A DNA stretch of 64,000 nucleotides from Candidatus Buchananbacteria bacterium CG10_big_fil_rev_8_21_14_0_10_33_19 (GTDB lineage Bacteria > Patescibacteriota > Patescibacteriia > 2-01-FULL-39-33). The notes under the pieces are model-generated. The model made no database searches. It was given only the letters and a program-made list of their open reading frames with translations, and had not been told where the DNA came from. Both the position numbers and the translations under genes were made by a program. Positions 21,627-31,335 of the stretch are shown one piece after another. Each line of letters starts with the position of its first letter. Position 1 is the first letter of the stretch. The DNA is taken from contig PEZY01000005.1 of NCBI GenBank assembly GCA_002773855.1, positions 218,221 to 282,220 of the forward strand. Reading direction: 5' to 3'.

Positions 21627-21705
21627 TAAACTTATTCTACTCTAAAATTGCCCATAAATCAAACAAAAAACCGTTCCAATTAGGGAACGGCTACTTCAAA
21701 GCTTT

Positions 21706-22098
21706 TTAGAAATCATGTAAAGAATCAATGGCTTTGGCTGGAACGTTCCTCATTCCCGCATGACCATCCTGCTCTAATAAAAATCTACAAATATATTGCC
21801 TGGCATTAACTGGCACTTTCAAAAGCAGTAGTAAATTATCTCTAGCGTGGGGCTCGATCCAGCTAATATGCTTCATTAGTAGATCAACTTCCGCACAAGT
21901 AATTTTTAGAAAATTAGCCACTTCGATTGGCAATAGGCCACGTTCCTCAATAAAACTTTTAAAATCAACAAGGTTACCAGCAGACGGCGCTTTAGGACCA
22001 GCCTTAATAACCTCATTAAACCTATCTGACTCTCGCCTACAAAGAATATACTTTTCTTCGACTGCTGGATGATTAGTACATTTTTTGTCCTTATCCAC
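21706..22098 (-). CDS. Hypothetical small protein, possibly a DNA-binding autoregulator. GTG start.
   Basis: 130 aa. Divergent from thrS with a perfect palindrome in the shared intergenic region. Confidence 0.4.
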   Translation of the reverse strand: MDKDKKCTNHPAVEEKYILCRRESDRFNEVIKAGPKAPSAGNLVDFKSFIEERGLLPIEVANFLKITCAEVDLLMKHISWIEPHARDNLLLLLKVPVNARQYICRFLLEQDGHAGMRNVPAKAIDSLHDF

Positions 22099-22156
22099 TC
22101 TACACCTCCCTTGTATTTAAATGTGCCAAGAACTTTGACCTAAAAGTATAATAATA

Positions 22157-22170
22157 TGACAATATTGTCA
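22157..22170. promoter_or_regulatory. Perfect 14-bp palindrome TGACAATATTGTCA, a candidate operator
   Basis: Lies between divergent promoters. Its minus-strand half provides TTGACA for the upstream gene, and it sits 8 bp upstream of the thrS -35 element. Confidence 0.4.
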
Positions 22171-22177
22171 AGATGCC

Positions 22178-22206
22178 TTGACCAAATAAACAAAAAAGTC
22201 TATAAT
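22178..22206 (+). promoter_or_regulatory. Consensus sigma70 promoter TTGACC-17-TATAAT for the thrS leader
   Basis: Exact -35/-10 hexamers with a 17-nt spacer. Confidence 0.55.
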
Positions 22207-22212
22207 TTTAAC

Positions 22213-22415
22213 TATAAAACGATTGAAGCGAGTACCAACCGCTTACTCCCATTAACTATTAATCGGAGCCATAAGTTTGTTTATGCTAAGTTTTTAAAAA
22301 AGAGCCTATAAAATTATCTATAGGAATGCGGGTGGAACCGCGGAAGGACAATAAACCTTTCGTCCCGAACATATTTTTTAATATATATGTTTAGGAGGAA
22401 AGGTTTTTTTATTTA
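22213..22415 (+). promoter_or_regulatory. T-box riboswitch leader regulating thrS
   Basis: AATGCGGGTGGAACCGCGG at 22325-22343 matches the T-box core. ACC (Thr) followed by A at 22234-22237 lies in a 5' hairpin loop. A terminator stem aacctttcgtcc/aggaggaaaggtt plus T7 follows at 22354-22415. Confidence 0.6.
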
Positions 22416-22499
22416 TCTGGCTTAATGTTTTATAATTAAAATAATATAAAAAATCCAACTCTATTTAAGTAGTTTAATCTAAAAAAATAATTCAATTAT

Positions 22500-24248
22500 A
22501 TGAATAATCAACAATTAGAAAAAATACGCCATTCTACTTCTCATATTATGGCCTACGCAGTGAGAGAAATTTTTGGTAATGATGTTAAATTTGCTATTGG
22601 TCCGGTAATTGACGAGGGCTTTTACTATGATTTTGATTTAGGTGAAATCACTATATCAACTGATGATTTCAAAAAAATAGAAAATAAAATGACCGAGCTT
22701 ATAAAACAAAAATTACCTTTTATTAGAACCGAAGTTAGTATTGAAGAAGCCCTTAAAAAAACTAACGACCAACCCTACAAACAAGAATTAATTAATGATT
22801 TATCTACTAAGGGTGAAACAACAGTTAGTTTTTACAAGGTTGGAGAATTTGAAGATTTATGTCGCGGACCACATATTGAAAGTACTAAAGAACTTGGTAA
22901 TTTTAAATTATTAAAATTAGCTGGCGCTTATTGGCGTGGTGATGAAAAAAATAAAATGTTACAACGAATTTATGGTACCGCTTTTGCCACCAAAGATGAA
23001 TTACAAAAATATCTAATCGCTCTGAAAGAAGCTGAGCAAAGAGACCATAGAAAAATCGGCAAAGAACAAGAATTATTTTTCATCGATGATACTATTGGTA
23101 AAGGACTGGTCATGTGGCAACCAAATGGCACTATTATCAGAAATGAAATAGAAAAATTAGCTATCGAAATGGAAGATAAGGGTGATTATAAAAGAGTGGT
23201 AACTCCCCACCTAGCGAAAGAAGAACTTTATTTAACCTCTGGTCATTTACCTTACTACAAAGATGGTATGTACCCAGCTATGGTTATGGATGATGGTACT
23301 TATTATCTACGAGCGATGAACTGTCCTCATCATCATATGATCTACAAACACCAAATGCGAAGCTATCGTGATTTACCTCTTCGTATTGCCGAATACGGCA
23401 CAGTTTATCGCAACGAATTATCAGGCACATTGGCTGGCCTACTTCGAGTACGTGGCCTAGCAATGAATGATGCTCATATTTATTGTCGAAAAGACCAAAT
23501 TAAAGATGAATTCAAAGCAGTTTTAGATTTAACTTTAAAATATTTTGAAATTTTTGGTTTAGAAAATTATTATTTTAGATTGTCTAAGTGGAGCAAAGAT
23601 CATACCGATAAATATATTAACGAACCAGCCAATTGGGAATACAGTCAAAACGTAATCAAAGAAATTTTAGACGAAGCTAAAGTAGACTATGTTGAAGCAG
23701 ACGATGAAGCAGCTTTCTACGGACCAAAAATTGATATTCAATTTAAATCTATCATTGGTCGTGAAGAAACTATGGCCACTATTCAACTAGATTTTTTAGC
23801 CAAAGAAAGATTTAAACTTCACTACACTGATACTGACGGCAAAGATAATAATGAAGTCTTTGTTATTCATCGAGCGCCACTATCCACTCATGAGAGATTT
23901 ACAGCTTTCCTAATTGAATATTATGGTGGTATTTGGCCAACTTGGTTATCACCTGTTCAAGTTCGCGTTATACCAATTTCTGAAAAATTTATTGACTACG
24001 CTAAAGCAGTTAAAAGTAAAATTAAAGATTCTAAAATTAGAGTTGATATTGACGACAGTAATGAATCACTAGGCAAACGTGTCAGAAATGCCGAAAAATC
24101 CAAGATTCCTTATATTTTAGTGGTGGGCGAAAAAGAGCAAACAGATCAAACTGTAGCTGTCAGAAAAAGAACTGACGGTGATCAGGGTTCTAAAAAAATC
24201 GAAGACTTCATTCTAGATATCAAAACAGAAATTGAAAATCGAAAATAA
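22500..24248 (+). CDS. thrS: Threonyl-tRNA synthetase
   Basis: RDHRKIGKEQELFF, the class II motifs and an anticodon-binding C-terminus. 582 aa (short N-terminus). Confidence 0.95.
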   Translation: MNNQQLEKIRHSTSHIMAYAVREIFGNDVKFAIGPVIDEGFYYDFDLGEITISTDDFKKIENKMTELIKQKLPFIRTEVSIEEALKKTNDQPYKQELINDLSTKGETTVSFYKVGEFEDLCRGPHIESTKELGNFKLLKLAGAYWRGDEKNKMLQRIYGTAFATKDELQKYLIALKEAEQRDHRKIGKEQELFFIDDTIGKGLVMWQPNGTIIRNEIEKLAIEMEDKGDYKRVVTPHLAKEELYLTSGHLPYYKDGMYPAMVMDDGTYYLRAMNCPHHHMIYKHQMRSYRDLPLRIAEYGTVYRNELSGTLAGLLRVRGLAMNDAHIYCRKDQIKDEFKAVLDLTLKYFEIFGLENYYFRLSKWSKDHTDKYINEPANWEYSQNVIKEILDEAKVDYVEADDEAAFYGPKIDIQFKSIIGREETMATIQLDFLAKERFKLHYTDTDGKDNNEVFVIHRAPLSTHERFTAFLIEYYGGIWPTWLSPVQVRVIPISEKFIDYAKAVKSKIKDSKIRVDIDDSNESLGKRVRNAEKSKIPYILVVGEKEQTDQTVAVRKRTDGDQGSKKIEDFILDIKTEIENRK

Positions 24249-24261
24249 ACATTGCAACATA

Positions 24262-24293
24262 AAAACTCCAACCTAAGCTGGAGTTTTTATTTT
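24262..24293 (+). terminator. Rho-independent terminator of thrS
   Basis: ctccaacctaagctggag followed by a T-run. Confidence 0.6.
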
Positions 24294-24362
24294 GACAAAA
24301 ATAAACTCCTATGTTAGAAATAAATCTTACTAGTACCTTTCAAACTCAAGAGGAAGTAACAA

Positions 24363-25001
24363 ATGCCCAAGCCCAAAAACAATCAACTACCAATTAAAGA
24401 GAATCACGAAAAATTTATTAATCGACTGAGATTAAAAGTCACGGATCGAGAATTAGTGCTAATTGATTGGGCCTATATTAATGCTAAGTACGGCCATCGC
24501 AATCAACAGCGAGATGACGGCAGTAGATACTTTGATCACCTGAGATCAACCGCCTTAATTTTAATTGATGAATTAAAAATTTTTGATAGCGAAATGATTA
24601 TTTCGGCTCTAATGCATGATATGCTAGAAGACAGTTTTTTATTTGATACCAAAAGAATTAAAATTCTTTTTGGCAAAAAAGTAGCCAAAATGGTTAATCA
24701 ACTGAGTATGCCAGAAATGAATATTAAAATATTCAAATCCAAAAAAGACCGTCTTGACCATTACCATGCAACAATTAAAAAAAGTCCTCTAAAAGTAATT
24801 ATTATAAAACTTTGTGACCGCTTACATAACCTACGTACAATGAATAATTGTCCGCCAGAAAAAAGAAAACGCAAAACCAAAGAAACATTAGATCATTATC
24901 TCCCACTGATTAGATTACTAAACAATGACTACCCAGAAATAGCTACAATATTTTATCATGAATATGAAAAATCATTAGATGAATTAACAAAAACCACCTA
25001 A
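24363..25001 (+). CDS. Stand-alone HD-domain (p)ppGpp hydrolase-like protein (small alarmone hydrolase / SpoT-type HD)
   Basis: HRNQQRDDGSRYFDHLRSTALIL...LMHDMLED...KLCDRLHNLRTM follows the RelA/SpoT HD-domain pattern. No synthetase domain. Confidence 0.65.
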   Translation: MPKPKNNQLPIKENHEKFINRLRLKVTDRELVLIDWAYINAKYGHRNQQRDDGSRYFDHLRSTALILIDELKIFDSEMIISALMHDMLEDSFLFDTKRIKILFGKKVAKMVNQLSMPEMNIKIFKSKKDRLDHYHATIKKSPLKVIIIKLCDRLHNLRTMNNCPPEKRKRKTKETLDHYLPLIRLLNNDYPEIATIFYHEYEKSLDELTKTT

Positions 25002-25024
25002 AAAAATAGGTGGCTTTTTTTATT
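24994..25024. terminator. Bidirectional terminator between the HD gene and the histidine kinase
   Basis: ccacctaaaaaaataggtgg followed by a T-run. Confidence 0.55.
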
Positions 25025-26680
25025 TTAGACGGATTTTATTTTTTTAACTTTGCTTTTATCAGCTAATGGCACACTAAAAGAAAATTTACTACCTTTGTTT
25101 GGCCCAGGGCTCTCACCCCAAATACGACCACCCAAATTTTCGACTACCATGCGGGCAAAATACATGCCCAAGCCAGTACCTTCGGTATAGACTTGCATCA
25201 TACCTTTGCCTCGCACAAATTTTTCAAACAAACGCGGTAAATCTTCTGGTAGCACACCGATGCCGGTGTCCTGACAAGCAAAAACCACCGACTGACTCTC
25301 CTGATGCAGACTGACAGTGATAGAGCCATGCTCTGTATATTTAATAGAGTTATCAATTATATTAGAAATAACTTCTTTAATCTTCTGAGCATCAACTGCC
25401 ACTTCTGGTACATCTGGATCTGGATAAAACTCCAAAGATAATTTTTTATCAGTGGCTCTTTTTTGAAAACCTTCAACAATATCTTTTATAACCTTAGTTA
25501 AATCAGTTGGCTGAATATCAAACTGCAAATTACCAGATTCAATCCTAGAAATATTAAGTAGACTTTCCACCAAACTAATTAATCTTTCATTGGATAAATA
25601 AACCTTACTTAAATTATCTTTAACAATTTTAGGAATCCTACCAAAACTACCCTCTTGCATCATAGAAACATATCCCTTGATCACAGTGAGTGGAGTGCGC
25701 AGTTGATGAGAAGCGATAGACAAAAACTCTGATTTTGCTTCATCTAATTTTTTTAATTCAGTATTAACTTTCTTTAAATTATTGCTAGCCGCTTTAAGAT
25801 TATTAGTTAAAGATTCAATTTTTTCACGACGAGCAATTTCATTTAATACCGATCTAATAAGTAATAGTATAAAAAATATAGTTAATACAAACATTACTAC
25901 CCGATACACTAATTCAAAGCTTTCTTTAGCCTCCACAACATAAAAGCCAGATACAGTAACAATAAAAATAGAAAATATAATAGTTGTAATAATTTTTACA
26001 TCAATTAAACGTCGCTTGATTAAAGCATAGGCCATAAAAGCAATCCAAATTACAGTAGAAATCTGACCAATCCAATTGAGATCTAAGAAACCAAACCAAG
26101 GCAAAAATAAATTAGTGCTCAAAGAAATAAAGGATGAAGCTAATAGACCAATAAATAAATACTTTAACTGACTTCTAATTGATCCAGATGATTTATATAT
26201 ATCAGAAAATAAATTGATCAATGTCCATAAAAAATACATAGAAACATTAATAGTATAAATTAAGTAACCAGACCCAAAAACAATATTATTTCTAATTTTA
26301 GAAATAATCTGGACATCACTAACCACCATATTAGTGAACAATGTTATATAAAAAATCACTAAAGCTGGTAAGGAAATAAATAAAAGTATGAGTTTATTTC
26401 GCCAAAAAACCTTTTCCACTGGAAAAACAAAGGTAAAAAATAAAAAAAATAATGGAATGAATACAGCTACTGCATAAAATAATCTCACCAACAGTAAAGC
26501 CAAACTAACCTGAGTAATCGTATTATAAATTATAATTAAAACTGCCCATAGCACTACATTAAAAACAACTATACTAAACAAAATATTGGATTTTTTAATA
26601 GGCCGTTGTAATAATATAATAAAACCCAAGAAAAAATTTATCAGGCTGACAATTATTAAAATGATGGTTTTTATGTCCAT
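25025..26680 (-). CDS. Sensor histidine kinase with a multi-TM (about 7 TM) N-terminal domain
   Basis: H-box LSIASHQLRTPLTVIKGYVSMM and HATPase_c G-boxes (DTGIGV, GTGLGM). N-terminal 250 aa is hydrophobic. Confidence 0.85.
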   Translation of the reverse strand: MDIKTIILIIVSLINFFLGFIILLQRPIKKSNILFSIVVFNVVLWAVLIIIYNTITQVSLALLLVRLFYAVAVFIPLFFLFFTFVFPVEKVFWRNKLILLFISLPALVIFYITLFTNMVVSDVQIISKIRNNIVFGSGYLIYTINVSMYFLWTLINLFSDIYKSSGSIRSQLKYLFIGLLASSFISLSTNLFLPWFGFLDLNWIGQISTVIWIAFMAYALIKRRLIDVKIITTIIFSIFIVTVSGFYVVEAKESFELVYRVVMFVLTIFFILLLIRSVLNEIARREKIESLTNNLKAASNNLKKVNTELKKLDEAKSEFLSIASHQLRTPLTVIKGYVSMMQEGSFGRIPKIVKDNLSKVYLSNERLISLVESLLNISRIESGNLQFDIQPTDLTKVIKDIVEGFQKRATDKKLSLEFYPDPDVPEVAVDAQKIKEVISNIIDNSIKYTEHGSITVSLHQESQSVVFACQDTGIGVLPEDLPRLFEKFVRGKGMMQVYTEGTGLGMYFARMVVENLGGRIWGESPGPNKGSKFSFSVPLADKSKVKKIKSV

Positions 26681-26716
26681 AAAATATTATTTATAATCTC
26701 TTAGCTAATACTCGTT

Positions 26717-28348
26717 TTATTTTTTAACATCAGAAATTGGAATACTAAACAAAAAATTAGCGCCTTTGTTTTCTCCATCGCTTTCTACCCATATTTTACC
26801 ATTCATATTTTCTATGACCATTTTAGAAAAATAAAGATCCAAACCATTGTCACCAGTAAACGAGGATGTCGCATTATTTTTTTTAATAAACTGATTAAAT
26901 ATATCTGGTAATTTTTCTACGGCAATACCCATACCAGTATCTTGACAACTAAAAACCACTGATCCAGTATTACATGATAAACTAAGATTAATGGAACCTT
27001 GGTCGGTATATTTAATAGCATTGTCAATAAAGTGAACTATAACCTCTTTGATACGATCTGCATCAATTAAAACTTTAGGAATATTTTTATCAATAACAAC
27101 ATTTAATTTTATCTTTTTCTTTTTAAATTTTTTAACATAACTAGGAACTAAAGTCTTAATAATCTCAGAAATAGCAGTTGATTTAATATTAAATTCCAAT
27201 CTACCAGCCTCCATTCGAGATATATTCAATAGATTTTCTACTAAATTAATTAATCTTTCATTAGCAGCATAAACTTTAGTTAAATTAGTCTTAATTAATT
27301 TTGGTATTTTCCCAAAACTACCTTCTAGCATCATAGACACATAACCTTTAATAACTGTCAACGGTGTTCGTAGCTGATGCGAAGCAATGGATAAAAATTC
27401 TAGCTTAGCTTGATCAATTCTTTTAATTTTATCATTCGCTTTTTCTAAATTTTTAGTTACTTTACGTAAATCTTTTGATAATAACTCCATTTCTTCACGT
27501 CTTTTAACATCTTTTTGGACTAGTCTAATTAACAAAACAGCAAAAGTAATAGTGATAATAAAAATACCAATTCTGATAATAAAATCAATCGTAGATTTAT
27601 TAGAAAAAACATCAGTAAAAGTTACCAAGCTTAACAAAACAGCAATGACCTGCGTCGCAATTACTTTAACATTTAAAAAATTATATTTAATAATACTATA
27701 AACGATAGTTATTACAACAATAAATAAGGCGATTGGACCAGTCCAAGCGTAGCGAAAATCTCCCAAGGCCACCAAAATCATATTCACAAAACCAGAATAA
27801 ATCAACGGTAAAGAGACGCTTAAAAGAAAGATTAATATCATTTTTCGTCTTTTACCATGAGACTTAAACAATTTTAAAAATAGAATCAATAAGCCACCAC
27901 CCATATACAAAAAAAAGTAGGTAAAATAAAAGTAATATATTGGACCATACATTAAAGTTCTAACTCTATCATTAAACTCTAATCCAATAATAATCTGTCT
28001 ATTTATAAACAAGAAATGAGTTATCAATATGATGGGAATATAATAAAATAATTGAACAAATTTATTTAAAGGTATCTTCTCATCAGGATAAACCAAAGCA
28101 AAATAAAAAAAGCTGTGCGCAATAAGTGCTCCAGCTAAATGCAGAATTAACGACCAAATAAAAACATTTGTCCAATTCTCGGGTGTACTTTCATACATCA
28201 TCATAGAAAATGACCAAAATCCCAAACTAAAAGCAAATGCCGCAAACCACCGATTAATCAAACTTTTAACATTCTGAGTCAAGATGGTTAACCCTAAAGC
28301 AAAATTTAAAAAAGCAACCGAAACTAAAACTATAATTTTTATACTCAT
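26717..28348 (-). CDS. Sensor histidine kinase, a tandem paralogue of the previous one
   Basis: Same architecture. H-box LSIASHQLRTPLTVIKGYVSMMLEG is identical to the neighbour's. Confidence 0.85.
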   Translation of the reverse strand: MSIKIIVLVSVAFLNFALGLTILTQNVKSLINRWFAAFAFSLGFWSFSMMMYESTPENWTNVFIWSLILHLAGALIAHSFFYFALVYPDEKIPLNKFVQLFYYIPIILITHFLFINRQIIIGLEFNDRVRTLMYGPIYYFYFTYFFLYMGGGLLILFLKLFKSHGKRRKMILIFLLSVSLPLIYSGFVNMILVALGDFRYAWTGPIALFIVVITIVYSIIKYNFLNVKVIATQVIAVLLSLVTFTDVFSNKSTIDFIIRIGIFIITITFAVLLIRLVQKDVKRREEMELLSKDLRKVTKNLEKANDKIKRIDQAKLEFLSIASHQLRTPLTVIKGYVSMMLEGSFGKIPKLIKTNLTKVYAANERLINLVENLLNISRMEAGRLEFNIKSTAISEIIKTLVPSYVKKFKKKKIKLNVVIDKNIPKVLIDADRIKEVIVHFIDNAIKYTDQGSINLSLSCNTGSVVFSCQDTGMGIAVEKLPDIFNQFIKKNNATSSFTGDNGLDLYFSKMVIENMNGKIWVESDGENKGANFLFSIPISDVKK

Positions 28349-28411
28349 AAAAAACCCCCGATGAATAATACTACATTAATTATAGTTTTTTCACCAAGGG
28401 GCGTCAATCAT

Positions 28412-29083
28412 TTAAGATTGTTGTTTGTTATAAATTTTTTGAAAAATTTCAAATGACATCACACGATATGTCAAATCCATAGCATTAATTAGTTGTCCAG
28501 ATACGTAGACACTAATCAACATACTTGTAGTATTAACTCTATCGCCAGAAAATTCTACTACTAATAACAAGTTATCATTGGGCACAATAAATGGTTTGCG
28601 ATGACCATTAATTTTAGGCATAAAACTTTTAATAAACGCCACTGTAGACGCCAAAGCTACCATTTTTCCATGATCTTTACCGTTGCCATTGCTATCATTG
28701 GTAGCCAAAATAAGTATTGAACCAATTTGGGCCATAATCTGACCAAGCTTAGCCATAGGCAACATTGGATACCCAGGAAAATGATCTTCACAAAAATCAA
28801 ACGGAATTACAATATTAGAAAAAATACGATGATGATCATCATCTAAAACTGCCGAATTAAAAAATGATTGTTTTGGACCTTCGGCAATAATGCCATCAAT
28901 TTCAGCTTTACTTAAAAGCTGCAAATCAGTAGCACTATCAGGAATAGACAATGACTCGGGAATTTCTACTTTCAAGTAATCATGCAATAAATCAATAAAC
29001 CCATCTTTGCTAGTAATATGCATCTTAGTTGTCATTATAGTATCTCCTATGTTTGTATTAACAAAAGTGCAATCCGTAGACAT
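28412..29083 (-). CDS. Hot-dog fold FabZ/FabA-like dehydratase family protein
   Basis: EDHFPGYPMLPMAKLGQIMAQIG matches the FabZ HFPGxPxxPGVL..E..AQ motif. Confidence 0.55.
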   Translation of the reverse strand: MSTDCTFVNTNIGDTIMTTKMHITSKDGFIDLLHDYLKVEIPESLSIPDSATDLQLLSKAEIDGIIAEGPKQSFFNSAVLDDDHHRIFSNIVIPFDFCEDHFPGYPMLPMAKLGQIMAQIGSILILATNDSNGNGKDHGKMVALASTVAFIKSFMPKINGHRKPFIVPNDNLLLVVEFSGDRVNTTSMLISVYVSGQLINAMDLTYRVMSFEIFQKIYNKQQS

Positions 29084-29127
29084 ACGGTAACATATTACTG
29101 TACCTCATTAACATAAAAATGTCAAGG

Positions 29128-29166
29128 TAAAAATAAAAAACCCATCCTCCTTAGGAGGATGGGTTT
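29128..29166 (-). terminator. Rho-independent terminator of the methyltransferase gene
   Basis: 10-bp perfect stem cccatcctcc/ggaggatggg with loop ttag; T-run on the minus strand. Confidence 0.6.
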
Positions 29167-29172
29167 AAACTA

Positions 29173-30138
29173 CTAAATTTTGCGAGCTACTACTATTACA
29201 CCTTGCTTGGCGTAATACTGACCAGAGCTTGATTCCACAAGCTCAAAGCCAGATTGCTTAAGCAGGTCTTGCCAGTCATCAACCGACAGATAGTGAGCAT
29301 GACCTTCTTGTTCAACTTGATTCATAAATGCCGAGAGTTTTTTGGCTTTAAAGCCGCCACTCAAGGCACGATACAATCCTTTCAAATTAAAATTCTTAAT
29401 CAAATACCAAAGAGAATCTCGCAATACTGCTCCCCAGTCCGGATTAGGACCAGGTGACGATACAGCTAGATAACCGCCAGGCTTAAGAACTCGATTAATA
29501 TCTGCCAAGCATCGAAGCAAAGCTTTTTTACTATCGCAGACAATTTCACCGTTTTCAAACCACCAGCCGGCATACATTATACCGCCTAAACTGGAGACTA
29601 CGCAATCCGCGGAGTTATTCCAGATAGGTAGTTCTGACATTGTCGATGACTGTACCAAGGCCACGCCCTGACGATAGCCAGAGTCTTTAAGTGTCTGAGG
29701 TACTTGTGACAAAGACTTCCAATCAATATCAACCGCAAAAATCTTTTTGACTTGGTGACCATTTGTTTCAAACAAACGGGCACAGAAATTACCAGCACCG
29801 CAACCTAGATCGACTAGAGTCTCACCTAAATACGGTGACACCATTTTGGCCAACTGCTCCTGTAATTCAATATACGGGTGAGAAGTGGAATTAAGTAGCC
29901 ATAAGACTTTCTCATTCCATTCCCAGAAATCACGAATAAATCCGCGAACCTGAGAATTTTTTCTCAACCGTTTAAATTCAGGACTCTCAAAAAATTCCGG
30001 CGAATCCTCTACCAGCTCATCGGTAATACGATGAAAGCGAATCTTGGTACGCCGACGTTTTAATTCTTCCGAGACTTTCTGGGGTGACATTCGCCGCCCA
30101 AGCCTCTCCATTATCTTCCGATGATGAGCGTGCGCCAT
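29173..30138 (-). CDS. Class I SAM-dependent methyltransferase
   Basis: LVDLGCGAGNF (motif I) and LKPGGYLAVS (motif III). Gene is GC-rich, about 45-50%. Confidence 0.75.
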   Translation of the reverse strand: MAHAHHRKIMERLGRRMSPQKVSEELKRRRTKIRFHRITDELVEDSPEFFESPEFKRLRKNSQVRGFIRDFWEWNEKVLWLLNSTSHPYIELQEQLAKMVSPYLGETLVDLGCGAGNFCARLFETNGHQVKKIFAVDIDWKSLSQVPQTLKDSGYRQGVALVQSSTMSELPIWNNSADCVVSSLGGIMYAGWWFENGEIVCDSKKALLRCLADINRVLKPGGYLAVSSPGPNPDWGAVLRDSLWYLIKNFNLKGLYRALSGGFKAKKLSAFMNQVEQEGHAHYLSVDDWQDLLKQSGFELVESSSGQYYAKQGVIVVARKI

Positions 30139-30175
30139 GTCTATCCCCTTTCTAAGGTTAGAGCTCTAATTATTG

Positions 30176-30982
30176 CTAATAACTATAAAATCCTGAGCCA
30201 CTTTTTTGGCCCAATTTTCCAACTGAAACTTTTTCCTGTAAAATTTTGGGAATCGGTTTGCCATGCATTTGAAGCAAATGAGCCACCAAATCCAAACCGA
30301 CCATATCCATTACCTGAAAAGGACCGGCCGACATACCAGTAGCCGTCCGCCAAGCCAGATCAATATCCTCGGGTGAGGAAATATCTCGCTCAGCTAAACT
30401 AAGAGACGATTCTTTTATCGCTTCCCACATATACCCAAAGACAAATCCCGGGTTGGAGCGATGTAGTACTATCGGTACCAAATGAACCGACTGGCAAAAT
30501 TCTATGACCGTATCAATAGTCTCTTGACTGGTTTTGGTTCCACGGCCAATCTCCACCAAAGGACGTTCCCAAACTGGTGGCAGAAAATGCATATTGCACA
30601 TCCGACAATCTGTAGCAGAGTCTGTTTCCAGCATGGTAACCGGCATAAACGAACTATTCGTAGCCAAAATACCAGAAACACCACTTGCTATCAAACCTTT
30701 GAATAATTCCACTTTCAGATCTTTGTCTTCAGTAGTGCAATCAATAAATAATTGATAATTATGTCGTAGATCACTGTTAGCAATTACGCCAGGGTAAATA
30801 TCAATATCTAAATCGGAAACTTCAAATTTACTACTCAAACTATTGATAATATTCATCGATTGATCAAGCACTTGCATACTCAAATCTGTCAATAATATCT
30901 TGACACCTTTCATTGCTAAATAAAAAGCGATCTGAGCGCCCATAAATCCACCGCCAATAATACACACTTTATTTATATTCAT
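30176..30982 (-). CDS. 3-hydroxyacyl-CoA dehydrogenase family protein (Hbd-like)
   Basis: IIGGGFMGAQIA (NAD-binding), ATNSSF, MHFLPP, PGFVFG, C-terminal G.KSGSGFYSY. Gene is GC-rich, about 55%. Confidence 0.8.
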   Translation of the reverse strand: MNINKVCIIGGGFMGAQIAFYLAMKGVKILLTDLSMQVLDQSMNIINSLSSKFEVSDLDIDIYPGVIANSDLRHNYQLFIDCTTEDKDLKVELFKGLIASGVSGILATNSSFMPVTMLETDSATDCRMCNMHFLPPVWERPLVEIGRGTKTSQETIDTVIEFCQSVHLVPIVLHRSNPGFVFGYMWEAIKESSLSLAERDISSPEDIDLAWRTATGMSAGPFQVMDMVGLDLVAHLLQMHGKPIPKILQEKVSVGKLGQKSGSGFYSY

Positions 30983-31306
30983 GACAAGTTCTCCTTTTTG
31001 TTCAATTGTAAGGTTCGATTTCTAAACAAATATTATCATAAAAGTTATATTTTGTCAAGTAAAATTAAATAAAAAAATAGACCGAGGCGGGACCTGGGTC
31101 TAGATTCAGAGATATCGCTTTAGTCAAGCAACGAACAGCAGCTACCCTGTTCAGTGTTTGCCTCACGACTGTTTGCCCCTCTCTGAAGGAGCGAAAAAAT
31201 GAATGCGTTAGATAATGTACTATGAATACCTGTATTATACATACATGCAACAATTATGTCAAGTGTCAAGTGTGGATAACTACCACCAACAACTGCTATT
31301 CTGACA

Positions 31307-31335
31307 TTGACTAAATTTAAGAAAAATGCTAAAAT
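31307..31335 (+). promoter_or_regulatory. Sigma70-like promoter TTGACT-17-TAAAAT upstream of the FadL-like gene
   Basis: Hexamers with a 17-nt spacer, about 55 nt upstream of the ATG. Confidence 0.45.

Noticed and set aside
31065-31253. 62-aa minus-strand ORF in the GC-rich intergenic segment of the island
   Set aside because: No motif or RBS and low complexity. Treated as non-coding; see the finding on this region.
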